Assembly: GCA_951406725.2 (NCBI GenBank)
Contig: OX597843.1
Location: forward strand, 6,448,001-6,512,000
DNA length: 64,000 bases
From: Octopus vulgaris
Taxonomy: Eukaryota
Reading direction: 5' to 3'
The notes under the pieces were generated by a model. That model was not told the DNA's origin, did no database searches, and worked only from the letters and a program-made list of their open reading frames with translations. The translations under genes were made by a program, and so were the position numbers. Shown here piece by piece: positions 26,470-40,203 of the stretch (positions are counted from its first letter, which is position 1; each line of letters starts with the position of its first letter).

Positions 26470-26863
26470 ACTCTTTTACTCGTTTCAGTCATTTGACTGC
26501 GGCCATGCTGGAGCACCGCCTTTAATTGAGCAAATCGACTCCGGGATTTATTCTTTGTAAGCCCAGTACTTATTCTATCGGTCTCTTTTGCCGAACCGCT
26601 AAGTTACAGGAATGTAAACACACCAGCATTGGTTGTCAAGCGATGTTGGGGGGACAAACACAGACACACAAACATACACACACACAGATATATATGCATA
26701 TATACCACAGGCTTCTTTCAGTTTCCGCCAACCAAATCCACTCACAAGGCTTTGGTCGGCCCGGAGCTATAGTAGAAGACATTTGCCCAAGATGCCACGC
26801 AGTGGGACTGAACCCGGAACCATGTGGTTGGTTAGCAAGCTACTTACCACACAGCCACTCCTG
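26470..26863 (-). mobile_element. SINE family A
   Basis: Reverse complement of the 10334-10710 family. Confidence 0.85.
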
Positions 26864-27194
26864 TTTATTGTGTTGAACGTTGATAAAGTTGTGTAAGGGC
26901 CTGATGATTGGGGTGGGATCTTGAGAGGGGTTCCAGGGAAACACGGAATGGTTTAGGAACCCGAGGATGTACCTCATGGAACACGTGTTGCCAAGGAATA
27001 AAACAGTAGGGATTTAAAATAAATATATAAAAATTCTTTTTATATGGTGAGATGTAGGGGTCAACCATCTCTAAATTAAAATATATTTCTTCATTGAGAA
27101 TAATTTGTACCTCTGTTATGCGGGAATTTTTATTCCCTAAAAAATAATATTTAAATAAAATATATATATATACACACATATATATGCATATAAA

Positions 27195-27692
27195 TCTTTA
27201 TATATAAAAGAGAAGTTGTGTGTCTGTCTCCTACGATTTAGATTCCTAACTACTCCCACATTTTGCGGTGCAGTTTAACCAAAAGCGGGTATCTTATAGT
27301 CGTGATTCATATTGAGCCCTTCTGGGTATTAGCGTGCGTCTACGATGAGTCTACGATTTAAAAAAAAATTTACCATCATTTTTTTCGATTTTAATGCATT
27401 TTTTTTCTATTATATAAGGGAAGTAACTCTCTAAAAATATCTACGATGAGTCTACGATTTAAAAAAAAAATTTACCATCATTTTTTTCTATTTTAATGCA
27501 TTTTTTCGCTATTATATAAGGGAAGTAACTCTCTAAAAATATCTACGATGAGTCTACGATTTAAAAAAAAATTTACCATAATTTTTTTCCATTTTTAATG
27601 CATTTTTTTGCTATTTTTTGGCTATAACTCTCTAAAAATGCTTATATAGTTATTTCCCTTACAACCCGAGCAACGCCGGGCGACACTGCTAG
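27195..27692 (+). mobile_element. Helitron-like element with an internal ~101-bp unit triplicated
   Basis: Same termini and body as 15543-15924. Confidence 0.8.
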
Positions 27693-28085
27693 TATATATA
27701 TAAAATATAAGGGGACGAGGTTGTCTACAACAGCAAGACCTGTATTAATTTGTATGTATGTGTATATATATCTATGCATGTGTGTGTGTGTGTGTGTGTG
27801 TATATATCTATGTATGTGTGTGTATATATATCTATGCATGTGTGTGTATATATATCTATGCATGTGTGTGTATATATATCTATGCATGTGTGTGTATATA
27901 TATATGCTAAGACGTAGAGAAGTTCAGAGAGAATAAAAATAATTAAACAAAATATATTTTGAAAAACAACAACAACAATAACAACAAACACACAAAGATT
28001 GATTTTGCGTCTGGTAGTAAATGTAAGGAGAGAGAGAGAGAGAGAAGGGGCCGGGGGATGAAAATCCAAAGAGGTGCCTACTTAC

Positions 28086-28202
28086 CACTTCTGCCAACTT
28101 CTCTTGCACTTGTTTCATCTCCTTGGTTTGGTAATAGAGGGCTTCCTCCAGCTGGGACACTTTGGCCGTCTTCTCAGCTAATTCTACACTTACTTGGCTT
28201 GT
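28086..28202 (-). CDS. CLIP1: CLIP1-like exon I (TSQVSVELAEK...QEKLAEV)
   Basis: tttccttgcag|ACA...GTG|GTAAGT, 117 nt, phase 0-0. Confidence 0.9.
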
Positions 28203-28403
28203 CTGCAAGGAAAGGACCGAGAGAGAGAGAGAGAGAGAGATAGAGAGAGAGAATGAGTGGAAGCATAGATAAGATGGTCAGTGGTGGTGGTCGCACTGGA
28301 ACAAGACAAACCGACAGACAAATCCTAACCATTTTGTAACCATTTTTCTGCCTTGGTTTCAAAAAATTTTGGAAATAATCAAGAATTTAGTAAAATAAGT
28401 TTG

Positions 28404-28438
<35 letters not shown>

Positions 28439-28441
<3 letters not shown>

Positions 28442-28568
28442 GGTGTCCCAAAAAAAATGTATACACATAGTGGTTCGGCAAAAGATAATGATAGAATAAG
28501 TACTAGGCTTACAAAGAATAACAAATTTACAATTATTTAAGGTGTGTATACATTTTTTTTGGGACACC

Positions 28569-28571
<3 letters not shown>
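28439..28571. mobile_element. Tc1/mariner-type MITE in (TA)n
   Basis: Perfect ~29-bp TIR CAGGGTGTCCCAAAAAAAATGTATACACA, TA on both flanks. Confidence 0.85.
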
Positions 28572-28617
<46 letters not shown>

Positions 28618-28752
28618 AGTTCAGTAAAATTTGGATTCAGATGAATGTGGTACTTAAGTTAAAGGCACCAGAATTTAGTATGGTATTCTCCATAGAATTC
28701 AAAATGGGGTGATTACAAACAAAATAAGCAACAAGGATATCATCCAGAGGTA

Positions 28753-28842
28753 ATGCAGTACGATCGTTTCATGCGACTCCATTTAATTGAACAATGCAAA
28801 TATTACATCAGTTTTAAAATGTAGAGCAATCTTCAGCTGCAT
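28753..28842 (-). ncRNA. Type I hammerhead ribozyme-like fold
   Basis: ATGCAG-CTGAAGA-tTGC..GCAt-GAAAC GATC GTA-CTGCAT. Perfect 6-bp stem I; first stem II pair is a U.U mismatch. Confidence 0.6.
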
Positions 28843-29358
28843 AAAAATACAGAATTTAGTTAACTTTGAAGGATTCATTTGTATAGTTTTCTTATCATCC
28901 AAAATCACAAAGAGGATACGGAGATAGACAAAGAACAAGTTTCATCAACAACATCAGAGTTGGAACTGAGATTTTTTTCAAAAGGAAGACACTGTTTATC
29001 ATTGATTTTATTTTGTTATTCAGATTTACTAATGGGGGGGGGGGGGTTAGTCCTAATTTATAGACTAGTTTATCAAGTCTAATGGAAACTAGAATCTATC
29101 TTTTATGGATAGAGTAAAATTTAGAGACAATCTAAGTGGCAGAGTCATAAATCAAGATTTCTTTGAAATGAAAACCATTGGGCTTCAGGAAGAATATAAT
29201 TTCAGCCATATATATATATATGCCGATGAACGGCAACGGGAAACTCAGAGTAACAGGTTTTGTTGAATTTTCTGCTGCTTTAAATAAAGCATATTACTCT
29301 ACCTCTGGTATTTGAGTACTCTTTTTTCCACCTTGTTTCACATTTATGTGTTTACTCC

Positions 29359-29410
<52 letters not shown>

Positions 29411-30216
29411 TTATATAAAATCTGTTGTGTGTGTGTGGCTTCTAGGATCTCGGGCATCAAATTTGATATGTAGATACCGACAGTATCAGGGCGTGTATAA
29501 GTCTTGAAAAAATTACAAAAATCGATTCCAGGTGAGAATGGGATTGATTAAGCTGAATAAAATCGTTTTTCTTTGGAATAGAAAAAAAGTCTATCGTTAT
29601 TTCTTCTTTTGCTGGTGTCTCAAATTTAGGTTAAATCAGTGTTTCTCAAAGGGGAGGCCTATGGGACGGTTGGACAAGTTTTTCTGAGAAAATATGGTTT
29701 AAATGTTTGACAACTCAGCACCGTCCATTGGCGTTTTGCTCGTTTATATATATGTATGTATACACACACATACACATACTGATTAAAAACTGTATCACAA
29801 TGGGAAAGTAAAGGGGTGGTATTTGAAGAGAATGAGAAGGAAGAGGTAGGGATCAGCGAGGAGTTAATAGCCCCAGATACAGGAGGAGGCTGGTTCGCAA
29901 ACATCACATCACGCATCAAAAGTACATCCTGTCAGCAACGTCACTACCCACCTCATCAGACAGCACAACACGGCACAGCACAGCGTGGCACCCGAGGATT
30001 ACAACACAACATGGTACAGCACAACATACCACTACACTACATCACAAACACCTCACCTCTATCCAACAGAACAGAACATTGTGAAAACCACAACACCACA
30101 TAACACAGCAGAACTACACCACCCAAACACAACACCACATCATCATCGTCATCATCGTCATCATTATTATTATTATTATTATTATTATTACATCGACCTC
30201 CAGCAATTGGCTGGAA

Positions 30217-30269
<53 letters not shown>

Positions 30270-30756
30270 CAGGAAGCTTTATGAAAATAGACAAAAGACG
30301 AAGGCAGGTGGAGTACAAACAAACAATGTATTAGTATGGCACTCAGGAATAGAAATAAAACAAGTCTTTTATGTTTCAAGTCTACGCTCTTCAACAGAAA
30401 GATTCACAGAAAAGAAACACGGAGAGAAACAAGGAGAGAAAAAAAATGCGTGCAGAAGCTAGCGAATCAACATGGCGATCTGATTCCGGCCAGAAGTCAA
30501 AGATCAAACGTGAGACGCAAGAGTGAAAATAGGGGAGATAACAGGGTCAAATGACCACGCCCCAACGACATATATATGATAGATTGGTAGCCACTACACC
30601 TTCTTTATTTTCTCTCCTTGTTTCTTTCTGTGTTCCTTTCTGTAGAAGAGCGTAGGCTCGAAATGTTAAAGACTTCTTCACTTCCCGAGTGTTATACTAA
30701 TACATCTGTTTGTTGTCTACAACACCTGTCTTCGTCTTTTGTGTTTTTTTGTGAAG

Positions 30757-30788
<32 letters not shown>

Positions 30789-31071
30789 ATATATACACAC
30801 ACACACACACATATTGTCATTTAATGTCCGTTTTCCATGCTGGCATAGGTTGGACAGTTTGACTGAAAACTGGTAAGTCAGGGAGCTGCACCAGGTCCCT
30901 ATCTGATTTTATATATATATATATATATATGCCAAACACTAGAGATATACACACACACACCCAGATGGTGCATGCACACACTCCAACTATCATGCACACA
31001 CACAAACATATACACACACACACACACAAACATACACATTGAGCAGTGCATGCATGCATGCACACACAAAG

Positions 31072-31103
<32 letters not shown>

Positions 31104-31459
31104 ACACAAATAGCTTAATTATTAATATGCACAAACAAAACCATGAGACATAAAAAATACAAAAAGCAACATGTTCCCGCACCCCTCACACGTATGTAGG
31201 AAGAAGAGCGTGTTAAGGCGAGGTTTTAGTGACTAAGCGAGATGTCCATTTAGTGGACAATTAGTTGACCAACAGCTGTGACACACTGACACAGTTGGTA
31301 GAAGGATGACCGCTGTTAGTCAATGACCAAATCTGTCGTCTTATTAGTTTCAACAAAGACAAGTACAGGTAAGAAAGCACCAGCATCACCAAAACACCGA
31401 CAAGAATCAGGAAATCAGGCTCCAAAATATACCCTTATTTACACACCCATTATTATTAT

Positions 31460-32306
31460 TACTGAGTGAGAGAGCAGTGCATGCCCTCAAAGTGACACTG
31501 GGGTATAAATATACAAAGCCCAATATACCCACCATGACTATCTACCTGATAAGGGTACACCAGGCACATGCATTGCAACCATATGTACATGATATGGCGG
31601 TCTTATATCAAGATAGACAGCGCTTGACCTTGCAAGAGGGGCCCAGTTAGAATTTTCTTCGGGTCATATAGGCCACCATGCTGAAAAGCTCCTTGAATGA
31701 GGGTTGTTTAAGGATGATGAATGAAACACCCAGGTTCCCAGAAATGAATTATTCAAACTCCAAAGAATTCCTCTCAACAAATGGTTATGATGCTCCCCCA
31801 CCACTTCTGCCCGTGATCAGAGATGCACATATCGTCAGCCACTAAGGGACATGCTCAACTGGTTAAGGTCAAACAACTTCTGATCTTAACTGATTGGAAG
31901 TGTTATCATGTACATTGTTTTGTGTTGGTATAAAAGATGGCCTACAGCAAATATTCTGCTCAATACCACAGATTTGCTTGTCAGTTGTTTGACCTTAACC
32001 AGTTGAGCATGTCCCTTAGTGGCTGACGATATGTGCATCTCTGATCACGAGCAGAAGTAGTGGGGGAACATCATAGCCATGTGTTGAGAGGGATTCTTTG
32101 GAGTTTGGATAATTCACCCTTGGAAACATGGGTGGTTTTTTCAACATCCTTAAACAACCCTTATTCAGGGACCTTTTGAGTGGGATGGGCTACTCGTCCA
32201 GAAGAAAATTGTAACTGGGCCCCACCTGCAAGGTCATGTGCTGTTTATCTTGATATGAGATCACCATGTGCCTAGTGTACCCTTATCAGATGGGTATACT
32301 GGGCTC
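31460..32306. repeat. Inverted pair of a ~420-bp dispersed repeat (another copy 42165-42590)
   Basis: 31812-31878 is the exact reverse complement of 31983-32049; similarity continues outward for ~300 bp. Confidence 0.85.
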
Positions 32307-33239
32307 ATTATTATTATTATTATTATTATTGTTATTATCATCATTATTATTATTACTGCTCCACTGTGTAACACGATTTTTGTCCTTGGGCAGAAACTGT
32401 TGTTTTCTATTTGCTTATCCTTAGAAAGTATGAAAAATGGCTAAGATTTCTTTCAAATTTTGCTTTTGTTACATTTATTCAAGCCCTAAAAAATCCCTCT
32501 CAACATCTGGCTATGAACCTCTCCCCCCCCCACTACCACCTCGACTCCTGCTCATCATCAGAGATGCACATAGTGTCAGCCACTAAGGGACATGTTCAAG
32601 TGGCTAAGGTCAAACAACTGACAAGCAAATCTGTGGTATTGAGCAGACTAATGGCTATAATGGTATTTCTACTTCAGCAACTCAGCACTGAATCTGTCTA
32701 AAATGTAACGGAAAATATGTCTTTTTTTAAATCATTGATGTCCAGGTGATAAAAGCAAAGTTTGAAGGGAATAATAGTGATTTCCTTAGATTTTTGTTTT
32801 TATTAAATTTATTCAAACCCCCAAAGAATCCCTCTCGACAGATGGCTGTGATACTCCCCCACTACTTCTGCTCATCATCAGAGATGCACATATTATCAGC
32901 CACCAAGGGACATGCCCATTTGGATACGGTCAAGCAGCTGATAAGCGAATCTGTGGCACTGAGCAGAATATTTTCAGTAACGATATTTCTGCCTCAGCAA
33001 CTCAGCAGTGAATCTGTCTAAAATGTAATGGAAACACAGGTGTTTCACAACCTTGATGTCCAGGTGATCAAAGCAAAGTTCGAAGAGAATGGCAGTCATT
33101 TCTTTTCATTTTTAGATTGAAGCAAATTGCAAATAACATTTACTGATCAAAGACAAAAAAAAAATAATTGTTACACAGTGTTGTTGTTGTTATTATTATT
33201 ATTTATTATCATGACTTAGAATACCTCGACCACACTTAC

Positions 33240-33272
33240 CGTTTCTGGTTCTGCAGGGGTTAAAGGTGATGT
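33240..33272 (-). CDS. CLIP1: Probable 33-nt cassette exon (TSPLTPAEPET)
   Basis: Strong acceptor gtttttaatccctttcag, strong donor ACG|GTAAGT, open frame, phase 0-0 between exons H and I. Confidence 0.7.
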
Positions 33273-35478
33273 CTGAAAGGGATTAAAAACAGTTGAAGAA
33301 ATTAAACGACCCCCTCTTTATCTCCCTAAACATTTTCTCGTTCCTGGTTGCAGTAATTAGCAAGTTCTTTGACGAGATACAAGTGGAAGATTACTGAGGG
33401 GAGAGCCACTGGGTACCAGTAGGGTGTAGGGAGCCCTTCAACAGTCATAATTTATTCGGGGTTTCTACACACGGTCAGATCCATTCCAAGGGACAGGTCA
33501 GTTTTTTTTTTTATTTAGCAGGGACTGTAGAAGGGAACCCATATTTTTTTTTATACTTGCTGAGTAAAAAAAAATTGAAGATAGACATGGTTGAGTGGTT
33601 AAAGGGTTAGTTTCCCAACCCCATGGTTTTGGTTTCCATCCCACTGTGTGGTACTTTGACTCACAAGGCTTTGATTGGTTCAAGACTATAACAAAAGACA
33701 GTTGCCTAAGGTATCACACAGTCGGACTGAACCCAAAGCCACACGGCTGAGAAGCAAGCTCCCTAACCACACAGCTATGCCTCTCCTCCTTTCCTTTCTC
33801 TTCCTGGGTAACCATGGACTCCCTCTATAGCAAGACACCTATTTCTGCCCCTCTATTTCTCTGTCACACTCAAACCTTTCATCCCCTGACACAAGTTCCC
33901 CTCCTGAAATGCCCCTGCTCCTCTCGAAATTCCTTGCCTTGCGAGTCGCTTGGTGACCCTGTCAGTGCAGGTGCCACATGAAATAGCACCCACTACGCTC
34001 TGCAGAGGGGTTGGCATTTGGAAGGACATCCAGCTGTGCAGATAATGCCAAAACTAACCTCACCTGTGCTGGTGCCACGTTAAAAGCACTGAGTCCACTC
34101 TGCAGGGTGGTTGATGTTAGGAAGGGGATCCAACTGTAAAGACCTTGCCAAAACAGATACAATAACCTGGGACCATCTTCTACCTGGCTGGCTCCTGTCA
34201 ACCACCCTACTCATACATGCATGGAAGATGGATGTTGATGATGAAGGCACATGGATCAGTGGTTAGAGCATAGGGATCTCAATCATGAGGTTGAGAGTTC
34301 GAATCCCGGATCGGGCTGCGTGTCGTGTTCTTGAACAAGACACTTTATTCCACATTGCTATAGAAATGAGTTGTGACATCACAGGTGCCAAGCTGTATCG
34401 GCCCCTTTGCCTTTCCCTTGGGTAACACTGGCAGTGTTGAGAGGGGAGGCTGGTATGCATGGGCGACTGCTGGTCTTCCATAAACAACCTTTCCCAGACT
34501 TGTGACTGGGAGGGTAACTTAACAGGTGCAATCCCGTGGTCAGTCATGACCGAAGGGGGTCTGAGTGATATACACACACACGATTCTTTCACTTTCCGCC
34601 TACCAATTTCACTCACAAGCTTTGGTCAGCCCAAAAGTATAGCAGGAAACTACTATAACCCTGGGGTCATGCAGAGGACCTGAACTTGGAACCTTGCAAT
34701 TTGGCAGCAATCTTTTACAACACAACCACACAACCAGCTGATTAAAGTTGTTCTAGGATCCTGCCATTCGTTAGTCTCTCATTAATAACCATTTCAATTC
34801 TTTGTAAATTGTAAGTATGTTTCTACAATTAACGAGGCCTCGGTATATTAAGGTGGACCTCAGGATGGGGCAGGGTCTGTCTACATTAACAATCTCTGTT
34901 AAATAGAATGAGTTCAACAAGGAATAAATAAAAAAACAAATTAACATAGGCAGTAAGTGGGAGCATAGCATAACTTGAAGTTAGGGGATGTAATTGGTGC
35001 GCAGGTAAAGGTGGTGCTAGTATAGGGAGGGTGGCACAGTTTATTGTTATTAACAACAGTAAACGGTTAGAATAAATTGTTGATGAATTTAAGAACTTTC
35101 GAGAGAACGCGAAATAATTTTTGGGGGATAATGGATCTCAAAGCAAAATGATATCTACATATTATGTATAGCTTTATGTGCTTCAAGATACATTATTCCA
35201 GCCCCTCCCCCTTGCCACAAGAAAGAAGGATTATACGACACGGGTAAATGGAACATCCAACGTCTCTGTGCATGTGTGTATATATGTGTGCTTGTGGATG
35301 TGTGTTGGCGATTTTTTTCCCTCTGGATCTTTCCTTCTCCTATGTTTCCGACGAAGAGCTCCGCTCGAAACGTTAAACCCTCCTTCTTCCCTTCCTTCCT
35401 GAGCGTCCAATAATACTATATTTGTTCCACATCCTTGTGTTGTTGTGTTTTTTTGTGCTTTCTTGTTTGGATTAACTT

Positions 35479-35527
<49 letters not shown>

Positions 35528-35708
35528 CATATATATATATATATATGTAGACATACATACATTCACACATATATATCCACATATGTTTAAGAAACAGACA
35601 CATTTAAGAGACTGATATACATACATATATAGACATATTTAACAGACACACACACATATATATATATAGACCAACAGACACACACACACACATTTATATT
35701 GGACATAC

Positions 35709-35861
35709 CTTTGCACCCTCTTCCAGTTTAGTGGCTTCATATGATGTGATTTTGTTCTCTGCCTGGGTCAACTTGTGGGTCAGCTCATCTATCTGGTCAA
35801 GATACATGGTCTGAGTGTCCTCAGACACCTTCAGTTGGCTCTCATAGTCATCCAACTTCCC
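35709..35861 (-). CDS. CLIP1: CLIP1-like exon H (GKLDDYESQLK...KLEEGAK)
   Basis: ttcgtccag|GGG...AAG|GTATGT, 153 nt, phase 0-0, coiled coil. Confidence 0.9.
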
Positions 35862-36245
35862 CTGGACGAAAAGAGATAGAAAGACATGGTCATTAGGGTC
35901 AACTGGACATTCAGACACACACACTACTGGACATTACACACAGCTGGACAAGAGATTATAGTGTTGCCCTGTAGAACCAGGCAACAAAGGGATGACACTG
36001 AATCCTTGTCTATCGGTCAAACAGCTGGACAAGAGAGGGCATCAACTGGCACAAAGCCACCACCACCCTCACTTCTCCCCCCTTCTAGCCGAAGGGGTTT
36101 TTCTCTTGCAAAATATTTGGTGACCCTGTGAGGGCTGGTGCCACATAAAAAAGCACCCCACAACACTCTGCAGAGTGTTTGGCATTGGGAAGGGCTCCCA
36201 GCTGTAAAGACCCTGCCAAAAAGGACCACAGAACCTGGTGTACAC

Positions 36246-36945
36246 AACTGGAACATCTTTGATCATAGGTCTACTGGATCAGGACTGACCTGGGGCTAAA
36301 TATCATCAACAAAGAAGGACACATTAGATAATGTAGTCCTAGATACACTATGTCAAAATAAAAGACAGGATGGTCACAGCTGGAACATCTTTGATCATAG
36401 GTCTACTAGATCAGGACTGACCTGGGGCTAAACAACAAGAAGGACACATTAGATAATGTAGTCCTAGGTACACTATGTCTAAATAAAAGAGAGGATGGTC
36501 ACAGCTGGAACATCTTTGATCATAGGTCTGCTGGATCAGGACTGACCTGGGGCTAAACATCATCAACAAAGAAGCACACATTAGATAATGTAGTCCTAGG
36601 TGCACTATGCCTGAATAAAAGACAGGATGGTCACAGTTGGAACATCTTTGATCACAGGTTTACTGGATCAGGACTGACCTGGGGCTAAACAACCAGGAAG
36701 GACACATTATATAATGTAGTCCTAGATACACTATGCCTGAATAAAAGACAGGATGGTCACAGTTGGAACATCTTTGATCACAGGTTTACTGGATCAGGAC
36801 TGACCTGGGGCTAAACAACCAGGAAGGACACATTATATAATGTAGTCCTAGATACACTATGTCAGAATAAAAGACAGGATGGTCACTGCTGGAACATCTT
36901 TGATCATAGGTCTGTCTGGATCAGGACTGACCTGGGGCTAAAAAG
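36246..36945 (+). repeat. ~120-bp satellite-like array (~6 units)
   Basis: Unit gacacattagataatgtagtcctagatacac...gactgacctggggctaaac. Confidence 0.9.
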
Positions 36946-37002
36946 AAAGACACCACCACCACCACCACTGCCACCCCCATCACACCCCTGTCACCAACTT
37001 AC

Positions 37003-37107
37003 CTTGGCCTCAGTCAATTCTTTCTCCATAGTTTGGGATTTCTCTACCATTTTCTTATTCTTGGATTCCAATTCCTGCAGCTTCGCTTCTTCCTCTTCAG
37101 TTTTGCT
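37003..37107 (-). CDS. CLIP1: CLIP1-like exon G (SKTEEEEAKLQELE...KELTEAK)
   Basis: attttcag|AGC...AAG|GTAAGT, 105 nt, phase 0-0. Confidence 0.9.
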
Positions 37108-38049
37108 CTGAAAATATCGTGGAATAAAAAATAACATTCGCTGACTGACTTTATATATATATATATATACACTAGCAGTATCGCCCGGCACTGGTGTCAT
37201 GCAAATGGCACCGTAATACATCCTTATATATTACTGGTATCATTATCTTATATGTAAAGAATAATATGCTATATGTATGTATGTTATTATAATTATCATT
37301 TTAATAAATAAATAAGTTAACATTTTTAATGTCCAAAAGTTGATGAACCACCTATTGTTCTCCTTCAATTTCTTATTTGCAATATAAACATATATATATA
37401 TACTCTTTATATTTTATTAAACTTTTAATACTTTTGATATATATTTAAAATAATATAAATTAAATTAACTTTATGTATTGGCTTATGTTTTTCATTGTTT
37501 GATTTGCCTAATAGTGGTTTTATCTCTAATTTAATATAATATAATATAATATACTATAAAATTGGATTTAATCCTAAATCTGATTTTTCCCTGTAAGTTT
37601 GGATTTATTCCCTAATATTTTATTATTAATATATATACATATATATATATAACGGGAAGGTTTACGAAAATAAACAAAAGACGAAGGCAGGTGGAATACA
37701 AACAAACAATTGTATTAGTATAGCGCTCAGGAATAGAAATAAAACAAGTCTTTTACGTTTCGAGCCTACGCTCTTCGACAGAAAGATACACAGAAAAGAA
37801 ACAAGGAGAGAAAAAAAATTGCGTGTAGGGGCTAACGATCCAACATAAATATATATATACATATATATATATATGTGACCGCGTGTGTACCGTTGGCGAT
37901 TTTTTCCCTCTGTCTTCCCTTCTCCTATGTTTCCGACAAAGAGCTCCGCTCAAAACGTTAAACCCTCCTTCTTTCCTGAGCGTCCAATAATACTATATTT
38001 GTTCCACGTTCCTCGCGTTGTTGTTTTTTGTGCTTTCTTGTTTGGATTA

Positions 38050-38101
<52 letters not shown>

Positions 38102-38382
38102 CATATATATATATATATGTGTGTAGACATACATACACACACACACACACATATACAGAAAGAAAAAGAGAGAGATGGAGAGAGAGATTGAGACAGACAG
38201 ACTGAATAACAGATAGTTAAAGAGAGAAACAGCTAAAAAAAAAGAAAAACAGAGACAGTGTGACAGAGAGAAGAAGGGAGAGAAAGAAAGACACACAGAC
38301 ACACGTGAAAGACGGTGACAAATAAACAGTGAGAGCCAGACACACAGACATACCCCCAAAACCCCACCCCTCCTCTACTCAC

Positions 38383-38443
38383 CTCCAGGTCGTCCTTCCC
38401 CACCACTTCCTCCTCAATTTGAAACTGAAGGTCTTCCGTTTTC
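38383..38443 (-). CDS. CLIP1: CLIP1-like exon F (RKTEDLQFQIEEEVVGKDDLE)
   Basis: gttgcag|G...GAG|GTGAGT, 61 nt, phase 2 to 0. Matches the CLIP family motif RKVEDLQF.VEEE...K.DLE. Confidence 0.93.
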
Positions 38444-39846
38444 CTGCAACACAAAACACAAACAGAATTATTGGTGTGGCAGGGCATTATTGCCCTCACT
38501 TCCCCACCTCCTTTTATTTCAAGCATTAGCAGACAACAGCCTATATTGTTGCTGTCCCATCTGGGGCTGCAGTGTTTGATCCATCCCTCTTGTTTCAAGA
38601 CAGATGGAATATCATTCAAAGGAGACTTAGCTACTATTTCTAGCAGGTTGAGTGCTCCTGTAGTGGGTCTCTCAATGAGGAGAGAGAAACACAAAGTTTT
38701 ATATAGATGCGTTGGGACATTGAGGCACATTTGGGTTGATACAAATTGCTAAGGGAGTGCCACTGTGATGTATGTCACTACAAGAGTGCCACAATGATAG
38801 GTGTTACCACCAGAGTGCCACCCTGGTGTGTGCGCCACCACCAGAGTGTGTGCCACTGTGGTGTGCTCCACCACTAGAGCGTTACTATGGTGCATACCAC
38901 CACAGAGTGACACTGCAGTGTGTGCCACTACTAGAGTGCCACCACTAAAGTACCACTGTGAGGCATTCCAACAGTGGAGTGTCAATGTGGGTGTGTATGC
39001 CACGTATGGAGAGGCACAGTGATGTTGCTGTTGATGTGTAACATTGTGGGACATGCGACTCATCAAGCACCCCATAGTGTGTTCAACCACTGGAACGTTG
39101 AGGTGTGAGGGTCACAAGTGGAGTGCCACTTGCTAAAGACACATTACATAATGTACTCCAAGATATAATAAATAAATGCGCCCTTTTTAAAGCCTAGCCA
39201 GGCTTTAAAAGGGTCCGGTTTCCTGATTTCTATGGCGTATGTGTTCCCCAGCTGGACGGGAGGCCAGTCCATCGCAGCGTTACTCATTTTTGCCAGCTGA
39301 GTGGACTGGAGCAACGTGAAATGAAGTGTTTTGCTCAAGAACACAACACGTCGCCCGGTCCAGGAATCGAAACCACAATCTTACGATCATGGTGTGCTGA
39401 CACCCTAACCACTAAGCCACGCGCCTCCACACTCCAAGATATACTACATCTAAAACAACAGCAAAAAAATTTATGGGATGGTCACTGTTGGAACATCTCT
39501 GAACATAATTCTACCTGCTCAAGAGGCTGACCAGGAGCTAAAACAACAACAAGATACAGAACAGATCCAAATCGTGGCCGAAGCCAGCGCCGCCTCGACT
39601 GGCTTCCGTGCAGGTGGCACGTAAAATGCACCAATCCGACCGTGGCCGTTGCCAGCCTCGCCTGGCACCTGTGTCGGTGGCACGTAAAAAGCACCCACTA
39701 CACTCACGGAGTGGTTGGCGTTAGCAAGGGCATCCAGCTGTAGAAACATTGCCAGATAAGACCGGAGCCTGGTGCAGCCTTCTGGCTTCCCAGATCCCCG
39801 GTCGAACCGTCCAACCCATGCTAGCATGGAGAACGGACGTTAAACA

Positions 39847-39901
<55 letters not shown>

Positions 39902-39931
39902 CGGATCAAATCCAAAGCCGAAACACGTTAC

Positions 39932-40077
39932 CTCCGTAGATCCTCCAGCTCATTCTCTAACTCGTGATTCTTGCGCTCCAGCTGTTGGGCAACGTTCTTC
40001 CACTTGACCAGGGCATCATCGGCCGAGTCCTTGAACCTGTCGTGCTCTGACCGCATCACAGCCAAATCTCCCTCCGC
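39932..40077 (-). CDS. CLIP1: CLIP1-like exon E (AEGDLAVMRS...ELENELEDLR)
   Basis: ctttccag|GCG...AG|GTAACG, 146 nt, phase 0 to 2, coiled-coil composition. Confidence 0.9.
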
Positions 40078-40203
40078 CTGGAAAGAGGTCGCAAAAAAAA
40101 AAAAGAAAAAGAAAAAACGCATGAAGAGGAGAAGAAAAGATGAGGATTTGTAAAGCTGTTAAGACATCCTCTTCAACCGGTCAGTTCACTTACCATGTCG
40201 GAT

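Noticed and set aside
29659-29930. ORF MMRDVMFANQPPP as an extra exon
   Set aside because: Weak acceptor, no suitable donor, runs into microsatellite.
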